NCBI RefSeq assembly: GCF_018977255.1
Contig: NW_024704743.1
Coordinates: 8,496,001 to 8,560,000, forward strand
Origin: Callorhinchus milii
Taxonomy: Eukaryota
Direction of reading: 5' to 3'
DNA length: 64,000 bases
A program made the position numbers and the translations under genes. The notes beneath the pieces are model-generated. The model made no database searches. It saw only the letters and a list, made by a program, of their open reading frames with translations, and had not been told where the DNA came from. Shown piece by piece: positions 54,105 to 64,000 of this stretch. The stretch's first letter is position 1. Every line of letters begins with the position of its first letter.

Positions 54105-54595
54105 AAATAATCCTTGCAATTGATACACCTTTCACTTTGGGAAAGTCTGTCTCAAAGCGCTTAACTGTGAGTGCAGTACCTGGAGACTGATTTTTGTAGG
54201 CAAATACAGCAGCTTATTTGCACACAGCAATGTCCTACAAACAATCATGAAGCGAATGAATCAATTTTATTTCAGGGGATTGATAGCCACAGAGAAATTC
54301 CCTTCTATTTTTGAATGGTGTCATGGGATCATTAATGTCCACCTGAACAGGCAAACAGGACTTCAGTTTAACACCTCATCAGCACTGCTTTGGAGTGTCA
54401 GCCTGGTTCAAAGTCCTGACATCATCATAATAATCCTTACATTTGGTATAGTGCCATTCACACCAGGAGGACATCTCAAAGGACTTCATGGGATATATTG
54501 TAAAGTGTAGTGACTGTGTTTTGTGTGGGAGACATGGGACTTGAACCCACAACCTTTAGACTTAGAGGTGAGAGTGATACCAACTGAGCTTAAAA
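54105..54595 (-). mobile_element. DeuSINE-like SINE with a nested SINE tail
   Basis: Family motifs on the minus strand, with a second tail at ~54430-54530. Confidence 0.65.
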
Positions 54596-55126
54596 TAAAA
54601 ATAAGTGCCCCTACTTCAAAATTCCGCAGCGCATAATGGAATTTCAAATTGCATTTGGTATTCAGAAGTGATTGTCAAAGATCACAATGAGCAAGAACCA
54701 CATAATCCACTGCACTGGGAAGAAACCACAATACATCCCATGAGTCACACCTTTGTGTGCGTGGAGCAAATATCTTTGACTCAAAAGTGAATTAAGAGAG
54801 AAACTCTTAAAAGAAAGCAGGCGTTTGCAAACAGCAACATTTCCCCTCCCCAAAAGGTAAACTTAACATAACATCTTTTAAAATTCATAATTTGTCCTTG
54901 GTATACGTTAAGACGCTCAGTTCCAGTGTAAACACAAATCAGAAATATTGTCTGCACCTTCTCTTGACGTGTGCTATTTCTCTCCTTATATTGTGCTCGG
55001 CCACAATACAATCAACCCACAGAGAGTTTCTCTCTTAATTCACTTTTTCAGGTTACATTCTATAACTTGCGCCGTCCACTAAGAAACCCAAGCTGCTGTC
55101 AGTATTCGGGAGTTACAGTTTTGTGA

Positions 55127-55393
55127 AATAAAATCAGAAGTCACTGGGAACACTCAGCAAGTCAGGCGCCAACTATGGAGAGAGGAAAGTGGGTTAGCGT
55201 TTCAGGTCGACCTATCGTTAGAACCGGTGGATGTTGCTCGCTTTCTCCATCCCCCAGTTCTGACAAAAGGTCATCAACCTGAAACGTTAACCCACTTTCC
55301 TCTCTCCATAGATGCTGCCTGACCTGCTGAGTGTTCCCAGCAACTTCTATTTTTATCTCAGATTTCCAGGGTCTGCAGTATTTTGCCTTTTGT
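55127..55393. mobile_element. Fold-back element copy 3 with two decayed hammerhead motifs
   Basis: Same family. Motif AGTT CTGACAA A AGGTC ATC AACCT GAAACGTT AAC at 55256-55291, plus a decayed inverse copy at ~55191-55225. 14-bp TSD TTACAGTTTTGTGA / TTAGAGTTTTGCGA. Confidence 0.78.
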
Positions 55394-56457
55394 TTAGAGT
55401 TTTGCGATTGTACTTCTCATTTCAGTTTTGATCAACCGATCCCACATTTAAAGGTGACTGCCTCCAGCACAAATGATATCATTTTACAGGTACCAAAAAA
55501 AAATGACACTGTAACTAGTCTCATGTTTTGTTCACAAAAAAAATGCTTCATATAGAATGTGTGAGTATAAATGCCCCTTCTTCAAGATTAAAGAGCGCAT
55601 TTAAGGAATTTTAATTTCACTCACAAAGCAGAGAGAGAGTACTTAAATCATCACCAAAATCCTGGAGTAGCTGTCAAGCTATATCTAAGACCGAAAATAA
55701 CAGCATTCTTACTCATGCTGCAGTGGCCTGTCCATTGTATTCAATAAATTTAGTTGAAATCAGAGTATTAGAATGGGTCTCCAGAAAGCATTAGAAGTGT
55801 GATCAACAGACACACAAAGAATAGAAGCCAAAGTTCGTACACAATAAATATTCACTTTTCTAAGATTTAGATATATTTTTAAAATCATTACAACTTCAAG
55901 AATGGGCCACTGTAGTATTCATGAGTTCCATAAAAGGTAGAGGACTCATCAGATTGGAGCTCCATCCATTAACTTATTTTCACATTGCCCATCAGCTTGC
56001 ATAAAACATTTGCCAAGACTTACCAAGTAAATATCGTTCCGTGAGGCCATTGAAGCTTTGGTTAAAACTGATATCCAATATCCAATTCATGTTTACAAAA
56101 GAAGAAATTGCTATAGTTTCCTTCCCGATCGGAGATTGTGGGTTCATGTGAAAGGGAAGACCTGTAAAAATCAGAAGCTACATTTCAGCGTCATATCAGA
56201 TTAGCCAGTGAAAGAAATGCTAATTTCAGCAGGTTTAGAGAAATTCACAGCATTTTTAAACATTTGCAAATTCTGTTCAATTCTTGAATTCAGTTCTAGC
56301 TTTCAAATAAGTTTTTTGTAGATTTTTGTGTTTGTTAAATTAAGGACTATAGAAAACCATACAAAAACTAGGATTTACAAGAGAATTTAGTAGGAACTAC
56401 TTCACACAGACACAGAGGGCAGCAAGATTGTGGAATTTGCTGCCCAAACTAGTGGCT

Positions 56458-56783
56458 GAGACATCTCAAAGCACTTCACAGAATATACTGTAATGTGAAT
56501 TGACTGTATATTTTGTGGTAGAAACTCGGCAGCCAATTGCTCACAGCAGTGTCCCACAAACAGTCGTGGATTGGGTGACAAAATTATTTTTATTTTTTGA
56601 GGGATTATTACCCCCAGAAAGTAATCAGACAATAAACTAACAACCGGGTTCCCACTTACTGCTAGGTAAACAGAGTCGTGTGGAGAAAGGAAAGTTGCCT
56701 AAGGTTTCTCCCTCCTGGGAATTGAACCCAGGTCCTCTCGCTTGCGAGGCGAGTGTTCTAACCAATACCCTTCAGGACTCCAC
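56458..56783 (-). mobile_element. tRNA-headed SINE, long variant
   Basis: Reverse complement, with internal segment (CTTACTGCTAGGTAAACAGAG). Confidence 0.87.
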
Positions 56784-57284
56784 ACAATGTTGGGTATTGG
56801 TCAGAGTACGTAGTGAGTGGAGACCCATGGACTTTAAAACACCACATTGATTAGTTGGACCGAATTGCCTGTTTCCATGCTATACAGTCTATGTAAATCT
56901 ATGAAAAACAGCTTAAAAATTACGACTGAATTTAAAATGTGTACTCCCTGAAATGCTGAGGAAAGTGTCAAGTCTTCGCTCAGTATCTAACTGTCAAACT
57001 AGTAACCACAAGCAACTTAAAATACCAGAAGGAGCAACAATATCAAAGCATATACATGTACTCCACCATGAAAGACCCAAATACTAGAGACTTAAAATTC
57101 CTCCTCACCCTAATAGGTCCAATTTTAGTCCTAACATTTAAATTTACTCTGCATCGACAAATTTTTAACATTTCACCTTAATATGGAAGCCGGTTTCCCT
57201 CAGTTCTTAAAATGAACAAGGCTTCCAAATTCTGACTAAATCTTCCATAACTCTGCGCTAACTTAAATTTTTTAAGACAACAAC

Positions 57285-57808
57285 AACTTCCATTTAAAAA
57301 AGCGCCCTTCACGCATGGTAGCACCCCAGACTGCTTCACATCTCACATCTTTTGTGGGTGAATGTAGCGGTCAATTTGCAAACAGCAATTTCCCACAAAG
57401 ACAATGCTGTGTGCAAATTGTAGATTACTACATTCACCCATGAAGTGTCTGCTACATTCACACATGAAGTGGATGGGGGATTGTTGGCCAGGAGACCTGG
57501 AGAAAATCCCTTCTCTTTTCTAATAGTTCCAAGGGATCTTTAACGTCCACCTGAACAGGCACATGGGACCTCGGTTTAATGTCTCTTCTGAAGTACGGCA
57601 CCTCGAACAATGCCGCACACCCCTAGCAATGCATTACAATACAAAATTACATTTGTAGATCGCCTTTCACGTCGGGAGGACGTCCCAAGGCGCTGGAACA
57701 ATTAAGAGTGTTATCTTAGAATATACGAGTTCAAACTCGACGTGGGGCTTGAACCCACAAACTTCTGACTCAGAGTCAAGAACACTACCAACTGAGCCGG
57801 GCTGACAC
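57285..57808 (-). mobile_element. DeuSINE-like SINE interrupted by an L2 tail fragment (~57640-57710)
   Basis: Reverse complement of the 49318 family; ends in GGCTGACA. Confidence 0.72.
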
Positions 57809-57959
57809 ATGACACGTGGTGGTCATCAAGTAGGAGTCTTTTGATGGAGAATGGGGTGTGTAGGCAATTGTGGAGCCTGGGAAAAACTGCATGTCACTGT
57901 GCAGGATGGGAGAATAAGATGAAGTGAAAACGATGCAATAATCAAGGGTGAAACCAGAA

Positions 57960-58280
57960 AACAACAACAAATCACATACATACAGCGCCTTTCAGTCCCA
58001 AAGTCAGGGATTTGGACCTGAGCAGGGGCTTGGGCTAAGAGGGTGAACCAAAGGTGATGTCGAAGAGTAGGGTCTTGAAATGGACCTTGAAGGAAGCAAG
58101 GGAGAGGGGCGAGGCGAAGGGACTGTGGGGTGGAGTGCCAAAGGGTGGTACCAGGGAGAGAGATTAAGGCCCGACTGCCGATGGTGGGGTGGGTCGGGCA
58201 GGAATGTGGAGCAGGCCAAAGCCCGCTGAGCGGAGGGAGTGGACAGGTCTATATGGAGTTAACAGATCACAGAGGCAGGG
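57960..58280 (-). mobile_element. L2 LINE 3' fragment
   Basis: Similar to 23405-23760 (LLHIP..RPT.., L2 tail). Confidence 0.75.
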
Positions 58281-58454
58281 AGGATAGTACTGCATTGATT
58301 GGATTGTCAGACTAAACTGTGAGCTCAGTTTCCAACTTCTGACCAGCTGAACCAAGGTGAGACAGCTTGAGAATAGCTTGCGAGTGTGTGCGAGTTCACA
58401 CACACAATTTCATAAAGTGTATATAGTATACAATGGAACAAAATTAACAGTAAA

Positions 58455-58815
58455 ATATAATCCCTGCATTGGGTGCAGCATCTTTCAAGTTGGAAGATGT
58501 CTCAAAGAGCACCACAGAATGTGCAGTAAACTGTTTCATGGGCGTGACTATCTCATAGGTGAGAAGTGGCAGCCAATTTGCATACAGCAATGTCCAACAA
58601 ACAGCCGTGAAGTAAAGATTTTATTTAGTGGATTGTAGACCAGGACACCGGGAAACTCCTTTCTCTTTTTGAGTAGTGGCATGGGATCTTTAATGTCCAC
58701 TTAACAGGCAGATTGACATGTTGATCTCAGTTTAACATCTCATAGGAAGGGCAGCACCTCCAACAATTCAGTGCTTCCCCAGTACTGCACTTGAGTGTCA
58801 TCCTAGACTATATGA
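58455..58815 (-). mobile_element. DeuSINE-like SINE
   Basis: GGGATCTTTAATGTCCAC..TTTAACATCTCA..CAGTACTGCAC match the family. Confidence 0.7.
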
Positions 58816-59739
58816 ATAATAAACCAAGCTCAACAGGAGGAAACTGATTATAATACACTTGGTTTAAGAGTCTGATCATTGGCAATATTATGATATTATC
58901 AATATAATGATCAAAAAAACTTATTCGGAAGTACACTCTGTTAAAGGTAATATAAATAAATAATAATCCTTGCATTTAACATAGCACCTTATCACATCTA
59001 CTAGAACGTCTCAAAGTGTTTCACAGAATATATGTGAAGTGAATGGACTGTATCCAGGTAGTCTGCTATCTTCCTGATAATAAACATACATTTGTCCCAA
59101 GATAAATTCTGAATTATACTTTGAATTAGACAGACAGCAGAAAATGTGTATATTTTAAAACTCCATTTTAAAACTTAAGGTTTCTTAAAATTTAAATTCA
59201 AGTTTGTGTACATCCAAAAGCAGTTCCAAGTTGGTAAGTGAGTAATCAGGACACACAATTTCTGTTATATATTCCATTTTACGGAAAATCCAAATGATTG
59301 ATAAATTAACTGTTCACAAGTCCATTACAACACAAATCTCTTTTCTCTCCTTGAAAATAATTTTATTTAGCTTACTAACCATTCAGCGCCTTGGGACGTC
59401 CTACCGACGTGAAAGGCGCTATACAAATGTAATTTATTGTTATGTCATCCTTCACTGGAGTAAGTCTTTTTTGGTAGCATGGCATCATGTAACGTATTAC
59501 AATGAAATACAGATACAGCATATTAGGACTGCTCTGTATGTGGCAGCCAGGGGGAGCTTGATAGCACATCTGAATATAAGCTACAGTCTCAAACAGTACC
59601 AAGAATGTCCTTGTATTTTATAGGATTTGTTTTTCTAACGGCCAGAGATTCTTCTCAGCGTTGTGATCTGCTCACAGACAAGAGCAATACAATTGAGACA
59701 CAGCCTGCAAGCAGCATTAGTTTGTTGGATATATAATTT

Positions 59740-60053
59740 GCGGAGTCCTATAGCTCAGTGGTTAGAGCACTCGCTTTGCAAGCGAGAGACCTGGGTTTGA
59801 TTCCCGACAGAGTGAAACCATGGGCAAGTTTCCCTACTCCACACGCCTGATAATAATCCCTCAAGAAAAAAAAACTAATAATAAATTGGTCACTTCAATC
59901 CACGACTGTTTGTGGGACACTGCTATGAGCAATTGGCTGCGGCATTTCGCCCACAAATATACAGTCAATTCACTTTACAGTATACTCTGTGAAGCATTTT
60001 GAGATGTCTAGAAGACGTGAAAAGCACTATATCAAATGCAAGGATTATTATTA
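59740..60053 (+). mobile_element. tRNA-headed SINE, short variant, full length
   Basis: Near-identical to 9269-9577. Confidence 0.92.
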
Positions 60054-61659
60054 TATAGATTGAAGCTTGGAACTGAGCAACAGATTTCTTTAACAACAAA
60101 AAGAATGGTGGAGGTGGGGGGGGGGGGGGGGGTGGGGTGGCTGAAATCTTTAAATAACCCAATATAAAACAGCAGCAATTCAAATGGAATAAATCCCTCG
60201 TGGCCAAAGAAAAGCAGAAAAATACAGATTAACACATCACATAATGCAATAAAATGAACTTAGTGTTCCCAATTTAACATTGTTTCTTCCACTCCTTGCA
60301 AACTGGTGAGTTTTTAAAAGGGAACTAAATCATAGCAATGTATGACAATTGTTTAGTATGCCTTTTACTGTTGTTTCTTCCTTTGAAAACTGTCAGCGTG
60401 TGGCAAACAGTCTGTGGCTAGAGATTTGGGGCAGAACTCATGACGCAGCACTATGCAACTCTCCAGTGACACCAGCAGTAGGGACAGTTGCCTACAGCTC
60501 ACCATTTTCTTTCAGGATGGCTTATCAGAGGAGCTCCATACAAAATGTCTGCTCCCAGGCTCCTAACCTCTAACCCAGGGCTGATCACAAATCTTTGGCT
60601 AAAAGGTCCACAACTGCCTACACACATTCACCATAAAGTACCTCCGCAGGCTTATTTTTAACAGTACCATATGTGCTGACAAAAAGAAAACACCAACATA
60701 AAACTTGCCACTGCAGGCTTTCCAGCAGCTGCATCACCTTCCTAACCACTTTCAGTGCTTGATCCTAGCAAGGAGCATTGGAGACTGGAGAATTCAGTCT
60801 CGAGTACTGCCTTCCTCGAACATACAGCACCCCCACCCTGCCTCACACACACACGCCCACACCAATCCCCTCTCTCCATTGCTAGGGAGGACATAAACCA
60901 CAGTTGCTCGTGGCCAGGAAACTGGACGTGAGGCAAGACTCTGCGGACTCTGCAGCCCATCCTCTTGAAAGGAAACATGCAACAATGGGCAGAAGACAAC
61001 TTCCCCATCTGATATCTGGGGATAAGGTCAGTTTCACACTGCTCACTGCATTGGAGAAAGCAGCGTGACAGGTATAAGAGCCAGAGAGGACTGATGCCTA
61101 AGGGCAAGAGAGCTAATGGACTGTCAGTGGGTGTTAAAAACAGGCCTGAAAATGTACTGCATTGGAGTGAGCACTTTATGCACTACGGAGCTTTTCCAGC
61201 ACTTGGGTTAGACAAGTTGTTCCAGGTCAGCGTGGCTGGCATACATCGGATTCCCTGCACAAAACACATTATGAGTCCTGAGATGCTTTTCCTGCATAAG
61301 GCACCACTTGGTTTTTCCATTCAGTTGCTTTAAACTAGTATTGTAGTTTTCCCAACCAGGGATTCAAATAATGAATCCACTGCACTCCATAAGATTTCCC
61401 GTTACAGTATGGGCTATAAGGTGGACATAGTTTGATTTCGTGGTGGATAATCACTTTAAACATCAGTTTAAATAAGCGACTACCTGGATTTGGACAGATA
61501 TTTCTCGTAGGCCTTCTCTTTGAATTCCTGGTTTATTCACAAAAACCCTAAGCAGCAAGAGCGAGTTACAAGCTAAAGACGAAAGTGGAGGAAGAAAACA
61601 ATAAACAACAGCCAAAGTTCCTGCTCGTGATAACCATTGACCCCAGCTTTAATGACAAT

Positions 61660-62045
61660 AAATAATAATCTAATAATAATCTAATAATAATAATCCTTGC
61701 ATTTGGTATAGCGGTTTTTCACGTCTTCTAGACGTCTCAAAGAGCTTCACAGAATATACTGTAAAGTGAATTGACTGTATTGTTTGGGCAAAACGCAGCA
61801 GCCAATTGCTCACAGCATTGTCCCACAAACAGTCGTGGATTTAAGTATGGATTCAAAGTGAGGTCAGGGTTGGGCTTAGTACTGATAGCTTTTCTTTCCC
61901 TCAAATATGTTGGCAGTCTCAGCTATTATTAATAATAATCCTTGCAATTGATATAGTGCCTTCTCACTTTGTTGAGACATCTCACCAACCTCTTCAAAGG
62001 ATATACTGTAAAGTGATTTGACTGTGTATTTTTGTGGGTGAAAAT
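61660..62045 (-). mobile_element. Two SINE 3'-half fragments
   Basis: (AAT)n CCTTGCATTTG.. tails at ~61670-61845 and ~61925-62045. Confidence 0.75.
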
Positions 62046-62051
62046 GGGCTT

Positions 62052-62077
<26 letters not shown>
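62052..62077. repeat. (TA)n microsatellite
   Basis: Read directly. Confidence 0.9.
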
Positions 62078-62082
<5 letters not shown>

Positions 62083-62809
62083 TTTACCTTAATGTGAGTC
62101 ATTGCGTTCAAGGGAAGGAAACAGTTATAAAAAATCTTTTAAAAACATGGTAAGAAGCAGCTGTCTCTCCATGCACATGCACCGCTATTACGTATTCAGG
62201 TACAGTATTTGTTTACCATTTGTCAATAAGTGGTTCACAAACACCTTTCTATTGCCTAAATGATTGATAAGCACCACTTAGTTAAAATTAAAGCCGAACA
62301 CTTCAGTGCTTCTCTTATGCTGGCAACCCCTTACGGTACATTGATTTATGGATGAGAATGGGTTATCAGTTGTGGAATATTGTTCCATACTACATTAGGT
62401 ATACACTGCACTTTCATCCCAAATCCTCTGCAGTTAGCCACAATTCTCCACAGATTCCCTGTGTTCTGTCTTATTCCATCACCTGATTGCACAGAAATAA
62501 AACAAAATGGACCACATTTCTGCATAATTTGATGAAATCAAGATGGAGGATTTCTGGTCACCTTTTTAAAATTTGATTTGAATTTTGATTTTTTTGATTG
62601 CAATGAAAATTCATTAAAAAAACATCAACAGCCAACAAAAGGAAATGAAATACAGTGGCGCTCCATTATATGATGGTATTGAGAGTCCATAAAATCTCAA
62701 CCCACCTTATAACAGGGCCGAGATATCCAGTCTGGACTGCCTTCCAAATTTTTTTGGTCAGCTGGGTGTCTGACTGATCACCGTGCTTAAGAGCATCCAA
62801 ACCAAACAG

Positions 62810-63510
62810 AGTTCCATGCATCCCATCTACACATGGAGATTCCAGAGATAGATTGTTGGAATGGGATGCGTATTCTCTCCCTGGAGGAATGCATCCTGCT
62901 TACCGAATTCCGGAAAGTATTAGGCACAGGTTGGCATGAGCCAAGGCTTAGGGCCTCTGGAGTGTGCATTGGGGCACTGCTGGACCCAGGATAGTGGAAG
63001 GCAAACTGGATGGTCTTCTTTTGCCTAACAAATTCATATGTTCTTAGGATATCTCACCAGCTAAAACTACATAGCAGCAAGCTATCCTGCTGCTTTTCCA
63101 ACTGGAACCACCTTACCCTAATGGCTTTGGCTTGCAGGGTTGCTGAGTAGGAAGACTCTCTGCCTCCAGTGACTGGTCTGCTCTTCTAAATCCTGCTGAT
63201 GAGCCAGGCTAGGTGTGCTGTCATCAGCACTGCCCTGGAGTACCCACCTGGCTCATGAACTGGATAACCAAGACCGCCACAGATGGTGGCCTCGATTCTG
63301 ACATTCCGTTACCAAATATGTCACCTTGGAACTGTTCAGCTCCAAGGAGCTGACTTCCCTCCACCCAAGAAGAATCGTTATTAGTTGGTCCTTTAGAATC
63401 TGACAAACAGGGATTTGAGACCTCACCAGGTGCATGGCAGGTACCAGGAACTCCGTGCGAGCTTCCTGGTTGACTACACAGCTCAGCATGAAAAGCGTGA
63501 GAACATTGCC
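62810..63510 (+). repeat. Unclassified dispersed repeat, copy B
   Basis: Colinear with 47440-48035. Confidence 0.65.
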
Positions 63511-64000
63511 ACTATCTTCCTACTCACAGCTCAGTCATATGTCCCTTCCCATTGAGCGATGGTTCCATCAGTTGGAAATGTGAAGCTTAAAGCAGCAGCT
63601 GCTTACCTCTCTGCATACCAATCAAGTTGGATTCCAAGCCCTGGATGTACAAACTTGTGTTCACCAACTCAGACTCCAGGTAACGCCTTCCAGCACCTGT
63701 CAACCTAAGCCTTAAAGTTACCTCATCAGCTATTTGGCAGACATCTGCCTTCAGTCTGGTTGGAGGTCCTTTACACATCAAACATGGACAAACATCATGA
63801 ACTGATGACTAATTTTATGTGGGGAGCTCGGTTCAACAAGTCTTCCAAACGATGGCACCTCCCGATAATGTAGCACTCCACCAATACTATATTGGGAGTG
63901 TCAACAAGAGTTCAAATTCCTGGTGTGATGCCTTTCCACCTGAGTCAGGCTGACACTGGTTCCACTGGTTTAATAGATCTTGGCAAATCTATTAATCTCA

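Noticed and set aside
60108..60140. G-run / G-quadruplex (also 187-210)
   Set aside because: Simple homopolymer tracts with no evidence of function.
63195..63230. CTGATGAG as another hammerhead
   Set aside because: No GAAA following a stem II.
63587..63781. Minus-strand ORF with a GAG|GTAAGC donor, as a distal exon
   Set aside because: No homology recognised; isolated donor motifs are common by chance.

Overview
This is eukaryotic (vertebrate) genomic DNA. It is most likely from a cartilaginous fish (shark or chimaera), inferred from the DeuSINE/SacSINE-like, L2 and CR1 repeats. The only recognisable gene is EPC1 (Enhancer of Polycomb homolog 1) on the minus strand. Its coding exon 1 (41474-41626, 153 nt) lies in a CpG island, followed by a 40.5-kb intron 1 (951-41473) and coding exon 2 (791-950, 160 nt); the rest of the gene lies left of the window. 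Intron 1 and the ~22 kb upstream are packed with tRNA-derived SINEs, L2 and CR1 LINE fragments and hAT/Tigger-like MITEs. Most ORF-track entries are spurious or TE-derived. The most notable unexplained structures are: (1) three short fold-back retroelements with target-site duplications that carry a minimal hammerhead-ribozyme motif, one with an intact core on the EPC1 sense strand; (2) a cascade of uORFs in the presumed EPC1 5' leader; (3) co-oriented YY1 motifs across the CpG island; and (4) a LINE/SINE tail stem with a compensatory base change. All calls come from reading the sequence; no database searches were run.
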